This document shows positions 1-9,768 of a stretch of DNA of 64,000 bases, in pieces. Made by a program: the position numbers and the translations under genes. A model generated the notes under the pieces. That model was not told the DNA's origin. It did no database searches and saw only the letters and a list, made by a program, of their open reading frames with translations. This DNA comes from an uncultured Candidatus Saccharibacteria bacterium (lineage in GTDB: Bacteria; Patescibacteriota; Minisyncoccia; Phycocordibacterales; Phycocordibacteraceae). Every line of letters begins with the position of its first letter. Position 1 is the first letter of the stretch. The stretch covers positions 1,325-65,324 of the forward strand of contig CAZSKX010000002.1 of assembly GCA_964607655.1 (NCBI GenBank), in the 5' to 3' direction.

Positions 1-4
1 CGGT

Positions 5-1015
5 ATGCAGCGGTCAACTGAAATCTCGCGGCCGATCGGTATCAGTAGTGACGAGGTCGAAGCGGAGACCGAGACGGCTCGTGTCGAGCCGCTGCGCACC
101 TACTCGAGCGACTTTACCGATCGGGTAAAGTCGAAGGGTGCTTCAGCGATGACGATCCTCGCTGCTGAGCAGGACTCAGGACACTCCGCTACCAGCGTAG
201 TGAGTCCGCAGGTCAAGAAGACGTTGTATGTTGTCATCGGCGTTGGCCTGCTGCTAGTCGGAGGAGTGGGTGCGTATATCGGATATACGCAGTACCAAGC
301 CGCGCATGCGCCTGTTGTCATCGCGCCCACGCTCGCAGCGCCAATCTTTTTTGAAGAAAAGGAGGAGGTGGTGGAGAAGGGGGCCGCGATCGTCGCGGCG
401 ATTGTGGCTTCTGCCGGAAAGAGTCTTTCGCCGAACACGGTCCGTCTTCTCTATAGCAACGATGCCACCACGACCCAGGAGACTCTTTTCGTTGCGGCGC
501 GATTCGCTGCACCGAACATCGTGCGACGCAACATCGTAGGCAATGGGGCGAGTATGGCAGGGATTTTAAATACCAATGGCAGCACGGCTCCGTTTTTTAT
601 CTTGGGTGTAGGCTCGTATAACGAGACGTTCGCGGGCATGCTTTCGTGGGAGAAGACGATGTCTAAGGACTTGGCAGCCATCTTTCCACCTTATCCGGCT
701 CCGGTGGTGAGCACGACCACTGCGACTTCGACGGCGACCACGACACCGAAGAAGCCCGCTCCAGCCGCAGCTCCTACAAAACCTGCTGCCAGAGCAGCCA
801 CAACCACCGCCTCAACCACGCCTCGAGTGGCGGTGACGGCCGGATTTCGTGACGAGGTGATCGCGAATCATGATGTCCGTGTGTATCGAGACGACCAAGG
901 GCGTACTCTCTTTTTGTACGGCTACTGGAGCCAGACCGTGCTCGTCATCGCACGTGACGCAGCGGCGTTCACCGAGCTCGCAGAACGGTTGGCCGGCTCG
1001 CGCCCACAGCCCTAA
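5..1015 (+). CDS. Hypothetical membrane-anchored protein with a Thr/Ala/Pro-rich low-complexity region
   Basis: 336-aa ORF starting 4 nt from the window edge; one hydrophobic TM-like segment (LYVVIGVGLLLVGGVGAYIGY); TTTATSTATTTPKKPAPAAAP linker; no recognisable catalytic motif. Confidence 0.4.
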   Translation: MQRSTEISRPIGISSDEVEAETETARVEPLRTYSSDFTDRVKSKGASAMTILAAEQDSGHSATSVVSPQVKKTLYVVIGVGLLLVGGVGAYIGYTQYQAAHAPVVIAPTLAAPIFFEEKEEVVEKGAAIVAAIVASAGKSLSPNTVRLLYSNDATTTQETLFVAARFAAPNIVRRNIVGNGASMAGILNTNGSTAPFFILGVGSYNETFAGMLSWEKTMSKDLAAIFPPYPAPVVSTTTATSTATTTPKKPAPAAAPTKPAARAATTTASTTPRVAVTAGFRDEVIANHDVRVYRDDQGRTLFLYGYWSQTVLVIARDAAAFTELAERLAGSRPQP

Positions 1016-1051
1016 CGGGCACATTCGTGCATATTTGCTACTATACCCAGC

Positions 1052-1402
1052 ATGAAGACGGCGCACCTTAAGAAAAAGCTCGAAGAAGAAAAGACGCAGC
1101 TTGAAGGACAGCTCGCGAGTGTTGGGCGGCGGAATCCTTCGGTGCCGAACGATTGGGAGCAGACACCGAGCGAAGACAGCAATGAAACTGATCCTATCGA
1201 TCAGGCCGATGTGATTACGACTCGTCAGAATGACGCGGCAGTGCTCGATGCGTTAGAAGCTCGCTATGATTCGGTGCTTGCCGCTCTGAAGCGCCTGGAA
1301 GCAGGAACCTTTGGCGCCTGCGAAGTCTGTGGGGCTGATATTGCGCCTCTGCGACTTGAAGCGAATCCTTCAGCGACCACCTGCGCGCTGCACATGCGCT
1401 AA
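1052..1402 (+). CDS. DksA/TraR-family zinc-finger-like protein
   Basis: 116 aa; N-terminal coiled-coil and acidic region; C-terminal CEVCGADI...TTCALH resembles the DksA/TraR C4-type finger but is degenerate (CxxC...C.H); stop is 3 nt before the comM start. Confidence 0.55.
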   Translation: MKTAHLKKKLEEEKTQLEGQLASVGRRNPSVPNDWEQTPSEDSNETDPIDQADVITTRQNDAAVLDALEARYDSVLAALKRLEAGTFGACEVCGADIAPLRLEANPSATTCALHMR

Positions 1403-1404
1403 GT

Positions 1405-2979
1405 ATGGCGACGGCTCGTACGAGCGAGGCTCGTCAGTCGTCGGGGGCGGGTGCAAAGCCGTCTAAGCACGGCTACGCCAAGACGCTCGCGGCGCAGCCG
1501 GTCGGATCAGGGGCAGAGCTCATCACAGTCGAGGCAGATCTCACACGCGGACTCCACACCTTTTCGATCGTTGGTCTGGCTGACAAGGCCGTAGAAGAAG
1601 CTCGGGATCGCCTGAGTGCCGCGATCCGCCACTCAGGAGTAAAGTCTCCGAAACAGCAGAACAAGCGCATCGTACTCTCGTTGTCGCCGGCAGACTTGAA
1701 GAAAGAGGGTTCGCACTATGACCTTTCCCTCGCGGTGGCATACCTTATTGCTGCTGAAGAGCTAAAACCGCTTAGCGAAGAGACTCTTCTGGTTGGAGAG
1801 CTCGCGCTCGACGGTTCGCTGCGTGCGGTGCGCGGCGTGTTGCCGCAGGTGTTAGCCGCGAAGCGAAAAGGCATCAAGACCGTCTTTGTGCCACAAGGTA
1901 ATGCCAAAGAGGCACTACTCGCCGAGGGCATGCGCGTATTTGCACCCGAGACCTTGGAAGAGGTCATTGCTCATTTTAAAAAAGAGAAGCAGCTCGCAGC
2001 GCTCTCTCGTGATCGTGCTGTAGCGACGCCTCCACTCGCGCTCGACCTGAGTGAGGTAAAGGGGCAGGAGAGCGCCAAGCGCGCGCTCGAGATCGCAGCG
2101 GCGGGTCGGCACAACATCGTGTTCTACGGGCCTCCTGGTACCGGGAAGACCATGCTTGCGCGAGCGCTCGCGGGAATACTCCCGCCGCTCACGAGCGATG
2201 AAATGCTTGAGGTTACGGCGATCCACTCGACCGCGGGATTACTCGATAACGGGCAGGCCGTACACTGGCCGCCGTTTCGTGCACCGCATCACTCGGTTTC
2301 TCATGTGGCGATCGTGGGTGGGGGCGCCTTTCCTAAGGCGGGGGAGGTAACACTTGCACACAAAGGAGTCCTGTTTCTCGACGAGTTTCCCGAGTTTGAA
2401 TCGCGAGCGCTCGAAGCGCTTCGCCAACCACTTGAAGATCGGGTGGTGACCGTCTCGCGCGCCCGTGCGACGATCACCTTCCCGGCTGACTGTATGATCG
2501 TCGCCGCGATGAACCCAGCAGACACCATCTCGGACGATATGAAGACAGCGATGCGCGCTGCAGCCAAACAAGCAAGGCGTATCAGTCGACCGATCGTCGA
2601 TCGTCTCGACCTGTGGATCGAGGTGCCACACGTGCCGCACGAAACCCTGACTAAGCTCTCAACCGGTGAGAGTTCGCAGATGGTACGCGAGCGCGTTCTG
2701 AGGGCTCGCGCGCGAGCAGAGAAGAGGAGCGGAAAGCGAGGGCACACCAATGCGGCGTTGAGTGGTAAGGAGCTCGATGAAAAGAGTGGTTTTACTGCCG
2801 CGGCAAAAGAAACCCTTTTGAGTGCAGCTGCACGGCTTAATCTATCGCCGCGCAGCTATCACCGCACCATGCGTGTGGCGCGCACGATCGCTGACTTGGC
2901 TAGTGCTGATTCGGTCACGCCGGCGCACATCCATGAAGCACTCCAGTACCGCCCGCGCGGCCTCTTTGGATTTGAATAG
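1405..2979 (+). CDS. comM: YifB/ComM-family Mg-chelatase-like AAA+ ATPase
   Basis: 524 aa; Lon-protease-like N-terminal domain; Walker A GPPGTGKT; sensor regions and C-terminal ChlI/ComM-type domain ([13 protein letters not shown]). Confidence 0.85.
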   Translation: MATARTSEARQSSGAGAKPSKHGYAKTLAAQPVGSGAELITVEADLTRGLHTFSIVGLADKAVEEARDRLSAAIRHSGVKSPKQQNKRIVLSLSPADLKKEGSHYDLSLAVAYLIAAEELKPLSEETLLVGELALDGSLRAVRGVLPQVLAAKRKGIKTVFVPQGNAKEALLAEGMRVFAPETLEEVIAHFKKEKQLAALSRDRAVATPPLALDLSEVKGQESAKRALEIAAAGRHNIVFYGPPGTGKTMLARALAGILPPLTSDEMLEVTAIHSTAGLLDNGQAVHWPPFRAPHHSVSHVAIVGGGAFPKAGEVTLAHKGVLFLDEFPEFESRALEALRQPLEDRVVTVSRARATITFPADCMIVAAMNPADTISDDMKTAMRAAAKQARRISRPIVDRLDLWIEVPHVPHETLTKLSTGESSQMVRERVLRARARAEKRSGKRGHTNAALSGKELDEKSGFTAAAKETLLSAAARLNLSPRSYHRTMRVARTIADLASADSVTPAHIHEALQYRPRGLFGFE

Positions 2980-2990
2980 CACAGCATAAC

Positions 2991-3019
2991 AAAGCGCCGG
3001 ACCTTCGGTCCGGCGCTTT
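2991..3019. terminator. Bidirectional rho-independent terminator hairpin
   Basis: aaagcgccggaccttcggtccggcgcttt: perfect GC-rich stem flanked by A-run and T-run, right after the comM stop. Confidence 0.6.
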
Positions 3020-3034
3020 GTTACTTAGGCGCTG

Positions 3035-3220
3035 TTAGGCGTGTCGCTGCTCATACGTCGTCATTGACGATGAGTTGGCGCCTGCGCCCCAGAGCCCGAT
3101 GACGAGGATGGCGAGGCCGAGGATGCCGAGCGTCCAGCTGAGTGTGGCGCCCGAAAGACCCATAAAGGCCACTACCAAGACCGCCAACCCTAACACTGCG
3201 TTTACATAGTCCTGCCACAT
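3035..3220 (-). CDS. Small two-TM membrane protein (hypothetical)
   Basis: 61-aa ORF with two hydrophobic helices (AVLGLAVLVVAFMGL / LGILGLAILVIGLWGAGA), bounded by the terminator at 2991-3019; no homology recognised. Confidence 0.3.
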   Translation of the reverse strand: MWQDYVNAVLGLAVLVVAFMGLSGATLSWTLGILGLAILVIGLWGAGANSSSMTTYEQRHA

Positions 3221-3342
3221 AGGGATTGGTCATCAGTTAGCAATTATTTGTTCGCCTTGAGACGAACAACTCTTCGCTCGACCCGCGAGGGACTCGCACT
3301 ATAGCCCGGAGGGTATTAATGTCGTGTGAACCGAACGGTGTG

Positions 3343-4242
3343 CTAGCGTGCCAAAGGATTTGTTGCGCCGCGAACTTCGAAGTGGAGGTGGGTGCCGGTT
3401 GATCGTCCGGTCGAGCCCATGTAGCCGATAGTCTGGCCTTGGTTTACCGTTTGTCCCGAGGAGACGATCGAATTCGCGAGGTGTCCGTAGAGGGTCTGGG
3501 TTCCGTTTGCGTGGCTGATGACGACATAGTTACCGTATCCACCGTTCCACCCGCTGTTTCTTGAGATGATAACCGTACCGCCAGCAGCTGCAACGATCGG
3601 CGTTCCGCGAGCGCCACCAAGGTCGACACCGTTGCGGCCGTGGAGACCCTGGGTGAGACGACCTCCCGGAGCGGGGTTGGTGTAGTAGCCAGAGATGACG
3701 GGGCCGCCACCGCCTAAGTATGGCGACTTGCCTCCGCTGGTAGAGGGCTTCTTCGTGGCGACGGCAGTCGAGGCGAGCTCTCCGCCAGGAATAATAACCG
3801 TAGTACCAACTGCGAGAGGTGTTGCTGGATCGAGACCGTTATACTGCGCGATTTCGTTGGCGTCGGAGCCATAAGTCTTTGCCAACGACTTGAGCGTGTC
3901 GCCCCGCACTATCGTACGTTTTACGCCTGAGATCGGGAGGATGACCAAGGTCTGTCCGGGGCGTATATCCTTCGAGCCTTTGAGATTGTTGGCCCAGATA
4001 ATAGTGTTTATTGAAACATTGTGCATCCGAGCAATATCAGAAAGCGTGTCGCCAGGACGGACCACGTAGACCGAGATGCGGTCAGACTCGGGTACGTCGA
4101 TTACGTCGGCGAGGGTTCCCTTTGGTCCAGCGCTTGCTACCAGAGCGACGTCACCCGAGGTGTTAAGTGGCACGTCAGATCCGGCGCGCGGGTTTATGTT
4201 CGTGGGAGCCGCGAGGACGACGGTCGTAGAACTAGGAACCAC
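3343..4242 (-). CDS. LysM-domain M23 metallopeptidase (cell-wall endopeptidase), probably with a longer membrane-anchored N-terminus
   Basis: Two LysM repeats (YVVRPGDTLSDIARMH..., RTIVRGDTLKSLAKTYG...) and a C-terminal M23 signature (HLHFEV, GSTGRSTG). The in-frame upstream extension to about 4410 encodes a TM helix (KPHAPLLIIGFLALTFAAAVL) but has no ATG/GTG before it. Confidence 0.8.
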   Translation of the reverse strand: MVPSSTTVVLAAPTNINPRAGSDVPLNTSGDVALVASAGPKGTLADVIDVPESDRISVYVVRPGDTLSDIARMHNVSINTIIWANNLKGSKDIRPGQTLVILPISGVKRTIVRGDTLKSLAKTYGSDANEIAQYNGLDPATPLAVGTTVIIPGGELASTAVATKKPSTSGGKSPYLGGGGPVISGYYTNPAPGGRLTQGLHGRNGVDLGGARGTPIVAAAGGTVIISRNSGWNGGYGNYVVISHANGTQTLYGHLANSIVSSGQTVNQGQTIGYMGSTGRSTGTHLHFEVRGATNPLAR

Positions 4243-4535
4243 CGCTCCTGGAGCGGCGTTTGCATTGTAGAAGGGCCAAAAGGCGCTCGCGTACTTAGGG
4301 AGAACCGCCGCCGCAAAGGTGAGGGCGAGGAATCCGATTATAAGAAGTGGTGCGTGTGGTTTTATAAGTCCCCCGAGGAATATCAGTCGTCCTGAACATA
4401 CAAAAATGGCTTAACTAAGCCATTTCTTTCATAACATCCGTCCCTGCAATAGGGCTACTATAGCCCGGCACAGACTCTAGTCAATCACCCGTTCTTCATA
4501 CAGGTGGATAGCCATTTTTAGGGTATATTTGTCAA

Positions 4536-6482
4536 ATGACCTATCTCGACGGCCTCAACGAGCGACAAAGAGAGGCCGTCTTGCACACCGACGGCCCGGT
4601 TTCAGTCCTCGCCGGTGCGGGGAGTGGTAAGACGAAGGTGCTCACCACCAGGATTTACCACCTCATACGACAGGGAGTTCCGGGGAATGAGGTCTTGGCG
4701 GTCACCTTCACCAATAAGGCGGCTCGGGAGATGCGCGAACGAGTGAAGCACTTGCTCGGGGACGACCTCCGCTCGGGGGGCTCCCCCTTTATCGCGACTT
4801 TTCACGGCCTTGGCCGGGAGCTCCTTGAGAGCTACGGTAGGACGATCGGTATTCCGCGCTTTTTCTCAGTGTACGACCGTGACGATTCTGAACGGGCGAT
4901 CAGTCAGGCCCTTAAGGCGCTCGATGTCGAGACAAAGGAGCTTTCCCCGCGTGCGGTCCTAAACCGGATCTCGAAACAAAAAGGGGAAGGGGTGCGCGCG
5001 CAAGAGTTTTATGAGCGTCATGGTCGGTCGGGCTTCGCGCCGCGTGTTATCGGTGAGGCCTGGCTGCGCTACGAGAAGACGCTTGCGGCAGAGAAGGCTC
5101 TCGACTTCGACGATCTCATCGCGCTCCCGGTGCGACTCCTCGAAGAGCATGAGGAGGTGCGCGCGCTCGCACAGAGCCGTTGGCGATATGTGCACATCGA
5201 TGAGTACCAAGACACTAACGCGCTGCAAGAAAAACTCGCTGGCCTTCTTGCGGCGCAGCACAAGAATCTCTTTGTTGTCGGAGATGGTGACCAGGCGATC
5301 TACGGCTGGCGTGGCGCGAAGATGGAAAACATTTTGCACTTCGAGAAACGCTATCCGAATGCGCAAACAATTATGCTCGAGCATAACTATCGTTCGACCA
5401 AGAATCTGGTCGATGCAGCGAACGGCGTCATTGCTCAAAATAAAAAGCGTAAAGAGCGCATATCGAAGACACATAACGCCGCGGGGGAATCGATCGTGGT
5501 GCATATGGCGGTCAATGCTGAGGACGAGGCGCGATGGATCGCGCACACGATCCGCTCGCTCGTGCGTAACGGCACGCGGCCAGAAGACGTGGCGATTCTC
5601 TTCCGCACTAACTTCCAGTCGCGTGCGCTCGAGGAGGGGCTACTTCGTGCGGGAGTACCGTACAAACTTCTCGGCACCCACTTCTTTGCACGCAAGGAGG
5701 TGAAAGACGTGCTCTCGTGGATGCGTCTCGCGCTCGATCCGTCACGCGAGGCAGATAAAATGCGTGCAGCAGCAAATCCGCCGCGCGGGATCGGAAAGGT
5801 GACTCTGGGGAAGCTGGTAGAAGGGAATCGTGACGCGCTGCGCCCCGCAGAGAAAGCGAAGGTCGAGGCCTTCGAGCAGACGATCAGAGAACTCGCGCGG
5901 CAGTCAGAAGTCGCACTACCATCGCAGTTCGTGAAGCTCGTGATCGAACAGAGCGGAATGGAGAAAGCGCTTCAAGAAGGGAATGCGGACGACCATGAGA
6001 GACTTGAGAACTTGATCGAACTCGCGTCGGTGGCGGCGCGTCACGACGCGACGCCGGGACGCGAAGGGATCAGTGCGTTTCTCGCCGACGCCGCGCTTGC
6101 GAGCGATCAAGATGAGATTGATCAAAACAATAAGACGGGCGTAATGCTTATGACCGTTCACGCGGCAAAGGGTCTCGAATTTAACACCGTGTTCGTCGCG
6201 GGGATGGAGGAAGGACTTTTCCCACACCAGGGCATGGGTGGTGATCGGGATCGTGACGAAGAAGAGGAGCGTCGGCTTTTCTACGTAGCGATGACGCGCG
6301 CGAAAGAGCGGCTTTACCTCACGCTTGCCCGCATACGGAAAATCTACGGCAGCGATTTTATTTCAGAACCCTCGTCATTTCTGGCCGATATTGACTCGTC
6401 GTTGTTGCTCTACGACGAAACAAGTCCGCGTGCGTACCAGGACTTCGGACAGTATGATGAGCCGAGCATTGACTATGATTAA
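4536..6482 (+). CDS. pcrA: UvrD/PcrA-family ATP-dependent DNA helicase
   Basis: 648 aa; Walker A GAGSGKT; UvrD motifs (TFTNKAAREM, DEYQDTN, VGDGDQAIYGWRGA, TVHAAKGLEF, YVAMTRAKERL). Confidence 0.9.
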   Translation: MTYLDGLNERQREAVLHTDGPVSVLAGAGSGKTKVLTTRIYHLIRQGVPGNEVLAVTFTNKAAREMRERVKHLLGDDLRSGGSPFIATFHGLGRELLESYGRTIGIPRFFSVYDRDDSERAISQALKALDVETKELSPRAVLNRISKQKGEGVRAQEFYERHGRSGFAPRVIGEAWLRYEKTLAAEKALDFDDLIALPVRLLEEHEEVRALAQSRWRYVHIDEYQDTNALQEKLAGLLAAQHKNLFVVGDGDQAIYGWRGAKMENILHFEKRYPNAQTIMLEHNYRSTKNLVDAANGVIAQNKKRKERISKTHNAAGESIVVHMAVNAEDEARWIAHTIRSLVRNGTRPEDVAILFRTNFQSRALEEGLLRAGVPYKLLGTHFFARKEVKDVLSWMRLALDPSREADKMRAAANPPRGIGKVTLGKLVEGNRDALRPAEKAKVEAFEQTIRELARQSEVALPSQFVKLVIEQSGMEKALQEGNADDHERLENLIELASVAARHDATPGREGISAFLADAALASDQDEIDQNNKTGVMLMTVHAAKGLEFNTVFVAGMEEGLFPHQGMGGDRDRDEEEERRLFYVAMTRAKERLYLTLARIRKIYGSDFISEPSSFLADIDSSLLLYDETSPRAYQDFGQYDEPSIDYD

Positions 6483-7233
6483 AGCGAAGAAATCTCTCGG
6501 GCAGAATTTTCTCATGCACGCACGTATCGCGGAGCGGATCGTGCTTGCCGCTGGCGTAGACGACGAGTCGGAGGTCTTTGAGATCGGCGCGGGCACCGGC
6601 ATGCTCACGAAAGAGTTGTTGAAGCGTTCGAAGAAAGTGATTGCGCTCGAGGCGGATCGGGAGCTCTACGATGTGCTTCTCCACGACTTTGCCGATGACA
6701 TCGCGCTTAAGAAGCTAGAGCTGCACTATGGTGATGTGAGAAATTTCGACCCAGCGACCTTGCCAAAAAAATATCGACTGGTCGCAAACATTCCCTACTA
6801 CATCACGGGCGAGATCATCAGGACGTTTCTCGAAACGAAGAATCAGCCAGAGAGCATGACCCTCCTAGTGCAGAAAGAGGTAGCAGAGCGAATCGCTCGA
6901 AGCAAAAAGGAAAGCGTTCTCTCCCTCTCGGTAAAGGCATACGGCACTCCGAAATATGAGTTCACGGTGCCGCGTGGAGCGTTTCGGCCAGCGCCGAAGG
7001 TAGATTCAGCCGTGCTTACTGTTAAAAATATTTCACGCAAGAACTTTATGTCAGTTGCACAGGAGAAAGAGTTCTTTGATGTGCTTCATGCTGGTTTCGC
7101 ACACAAGAGGAAATATCTTCGTAGCAATCTCGAAGGAGCCGGTTTCACCGCTGATGCAGTGGCTGAGAAGGCCCGTGCCGAGGACCTCGGTCTTACGGAT
7201 TGGCTGGGGCTTCTACAAGCTCAGGGTGCATAG
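6475..7233 (+). CDS. rsmA: 16S rRNA (adenine1518/1519-N6)-dimethyltransferase RsmA/KsgA
   Basis: MIKAKKSLGQNFL start motif and SAM-binding FEIGAGTGMLT. The ATG at 6475 overlaps the pcrA stop by 8 nt; the longer track ORF from 6325 is an in-frame read-through of the helicase 3' end. Confidence 0.85.
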   Translation: MIKAKKSLGQNFLMHARIAERIVLAAGVDDESEVFEIGAGTGMLTKELLKRSKKVIALEADRELYDVLLHDFADDIALKKLELHYGDVRNFDPATLPKKYRLVANIPYYITGEIIRTFLETKNQPESMTLLVQKEVAERIARSKKESVLSLSVKAYGTPKYEFTVPRGAFRPAPKVDSAVLTVKNISRKNFMSVAQEKEFFDVLHAGFAHKRKYLRSNLEGAGFTADAVAEKARAEDLGLTDWLGLLQAQGA

Positions 7234-7993
7234 CCCACTCTTGCTTCGCAGCAGCAAGAAGAGTCAGGAATTCTTCATTGCGCATCAGTATGTCGAAATA
7301 CTGTTGGGCAAGCAGAACGCCTGCTGCGCTGTCGCTGGGGTAATGAAGACCTGCTATTACTCGATTGAGCGCAATCTGATCAGCACGTGCAATAAATTCC
7401 GTTTTGCGGGATGGAGCCAACTCTCCAAACAGATATGCGATAAAGTGGGCTTGAGTTGAGTGACCGCTTGGATAGGCAGGATGACCTGGAATTTCTATAA
7501 CAGTCTCTAACGAGGGCTCAAGCACGCTAGGGCGGACTCGGTCAAAACGTTGTTTATACCGCATCAGGAGCGCCTCGAGATCCTGAAAGCTGTCTTTCAA
7601 TAGGGCAGCCGTAGCGGGAAACTTTTTTCCACCTCGATAGTCCAAGAGCGTATAGCCTGCAATGTATACGGTGTCGTTATTGGCTTCGAGTCGAATGTCA
7701 CGGATCTCTTCAGTGGAGCGAAGGTCGCGGTAGGACAGAAGAGTTTGTAGCTCTTTTGCGGTTTCAGCAGAAGAATTTCTTGGAGGGGGTGGTAGCTGAA
7801 TAGTGGTGAATAGTTCCTCAGGATAATGAGTTTTCTCATTTAAAAGGGCAAAATAATCCTTATCCCACGAGGCCGTATTCGAAAAAGTTAGACTATCAGA
7901 GTAGGTCGGCTGAGATGGTTCGATTTGTAGGTACAAAATGCCCAGAAAGCCAAACAAGACAAAGGCCACGACAGGCAGATATTTATCAAGCAT
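7193..7993 (-). CDS. PAP2-superfamily phosphatase (acid phosphatase / phospholipid phosphatase / haloperoxidase fold), membrane-anchored
   Basis: N-terminal TM helix; all three PAP2 motifs present: KQRFDRVRP (KxxxxxxRP), PSGHS, RVIAGLHYPSD (SRxxxxxHxxxD). Confidence 0.7.
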   Translation of the reverse strand: MLDKYLPVVAFVLFGFLGILYLQIEPSQPTYSDSLTFSNTASWDKDYFALLNEKTHYPEELFTTIQLPPPPRNSSAETAKELQTLLSYRDLRSTEEIRDIRLEANNDTVYIAGYTLLDYRGGKKFPATAALLKDSFQDLEALLMRYKQRFDRVRPSVLEPSLETVIEIPGHPAYPSGHSTQAHFIAYLFGELAPSRKTEFIARADQIALNRVIAGLHYPSDSAAGVLLAQQYFDILMRNEEFLTLLAAAKQEWAMHPELVEAPANP

Positions 7994-8127
7994 ATGTTAT
8001 TCAAAACTATACCAGGTAAGAGTCGTTTCCTGGCTTTTTTACGGAGAGTCATATAGGGAACCCGCCTTAGACGTGTGTAGTTGTGTGCCTAGGGAGGCTA
8101 GTCGAAGATCGGGTATAATATAGCGCA

Positions 8128-9723
8128 ATGATAAATTCTATTCACCGAATCGTAAAGCAGGTCTCAGATACGCCGGTAAGCGTGGCCCTGTGGGTATCGG
8201 CATTTTTGGGGGTGGTGGCGTTGCGTTATTTCCTTGAGATCTTTTCCAGCCCGTCCTTGGATGGGGCCATACTCGTTACTGGACCGTCACTTCTACATGT
8301 AGGATTGTTCTTTCTCGGCTCAGTGTTTCTAAGTATTGTGGTTGCACACAAGATTGCGGGGATCCCGTTGCTCCAACTCACTCGTTCGGTACTCTTCGTG
8401 TTGCCGATCATGTGGCTAGCGCCAGTCATCGATATTCCTATGGGAGGTGCACACATGGCGTATTTGTTTAACTTAGAGCCATCCACGGCAGTTTCGTATT
8501 TCTTTCAATATTTTGGGCCATTTACGTTGACGCCAGAGATAACCATCGGTCAACGGATAGAGCTTGGTTTGCTCATTGCGTTGTTTGGAGGGTACGTCTA
8601 CCTTCAGACACGGCGTTTGGTAGCGGCTGTGGGCGTTATGATTGGGCAGTATGTTCTCCTCTTTGTGCTAGCAATTCTGCCCAGCATTATTGCGTGGATG
8701 CTGCCAAATGGAGACTTTTTTGCAACCTTGCCGAGCACGCTGCTCGCACGGAGCTTCACATACGGCGTTGATCTGAACAATGTGACGTACATTCTTGAGC
8801 GGTTGTTTGATGTGGCCATGGCGCAGCTGTTCTACCTCGTTTTCTGTATCTCTTTCCTGTACTGGGGTCGTCGCGCGGTCAGTAACGTGTACGAAGCGGT
8901 TGTGAGCAACCTTAGGTATGAACGCATGTTCCATTTTGGCCTCATGGTTGTTCTTGGTGTGCTGCTCGCGATTTCTTCAGGCGCTGCGATCTCCTGGTAT
9001 GTATTTGATGTAATAACCTTCGGGGTTACGGCATTCGTAGTGCTCTTCGCTTGTTTGTTTGCGATCGTTTTAAATGACCTTGTTGATGAGCCTATTGATC
9101 GTGTTTCGAACACTGAGCGGCCACTTGTGACTGGGCAATTGGGAAAGAAGGAGATGCACGATCTGGCGCTCGTCTTCGGACTGCTGATGGCGGTGGGGGC
9201 AAGCACACTCGGTTTGCACGCGTTTGGTTGGGTTAGTATCTTTACCGCAAGTTACTACGTCTACTCGGTGCCTCCGCTGCGCTTAAAGCGTATTCCACTA
9301 TTTTCGTCACTCCTTATCGGAGTCGCTTCCCTCGCTTTCCTGCTTCTCGGCTTTTACCTTATGATGCCAACGCGCTCGCTGGCGGTATTTCCAGGGATCA
9401 TTGGAGTACTGCTGGTTGTTTCTATGACGCTCATAACGAATGTGCGGGATCTTAAAGATGTAGAGGGAGACGCTGCGGCGGGGATTAAAACGATCCCGAC
9501 CCTTCTGGGAGACGTTCGTGCTCGACAGGTAATGAGCATAATGACGGCAGCCGCTTATGTACTAGTTCCAATCCTTATCCCAGTGACGCTACTGTGGCTT
9601 CCGTCACTCCTCGCCGCGGTGCTCTCGGCGTATGCGCTTCTTTCCGGAAAGGGAGAGAAGCCCATCTTCATTATCTATTTTTGCTATATTGCGTTCTTGG
9701 TCGCAGTGTTAGCTAGAGTCTAG
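8128..9723 (+). CDS. Polytopic membrane protein: about 290-aa N-terminal multi-TM extension fused to a UbiA-family prenyltransferase domain
   Basis: 531 aa, hydrophobic throughout; C-terminal half carries both UbiA Asp-rich motifs, NDLVDEPIDRV (NDxxDxxxD) and RDLKDVEGDAAAG; a TATAAT box lies 9 nt upstream of the ATG. Confidence 0.65.
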   Translation: MINSIHRIVKQVSDTPVSVALWVSAFLGVVALRYFLEIFSSPSLDGAILVTGPSLLHVGLFFLGSVFLSIVVAHKIAGIPLLQLTRSVLFVLPIMWLAPVIDIPMGGAHMAYLFNLEPSTAVSYFFQYFGPFTLTPEITIGQRIELGLLIALFGGYVYLQTRRLVAAVGVMIGQYVLLFVLAILPSIIAWMLPNGDFFATLPSTLLARSFTYGVDLNNVTYILERLFDVAMAQLFYLVFCISFLYWGRRAVSNVYEAVVSNLRYERMFHFGLMVVLGVLLAISSGAAISWYVFDVITFGVTAFVVLFACLFAIVLNDLVDEPIDRVSNTERPLVTGQLGKKEMHDLALVFGLLMAVGASTLGLHAFGWVSIFTASYYVYSVPPLRLKRIPLFSSLLIGVASLAFLLLGFYLMMPTRSLAVFPGIIGVLLVVSMTLITNVRDLKDVEGDAAAGIKTIPTLLGDVRARQVMSIMTAAAYVLVPILIPVTLLWLPSLLAAVLSAYALLSGKGEKPIFIIYFCYIAFLVAVLARV

Positions 9724-9768
9724 TTTTAATACACATTTTCTAAACATTGGACGTCAGTTGACCCGTCG

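Noticed and set aside
6325-6474. Upstream 50 codons of the track ORF for rsmA
   Set aside because: This is an in-frame read-through of the pcrA 3' coding region. The conserved RsmA N-terminus (MIKAKKSLGQNFL) begins at the ATG at 6475.
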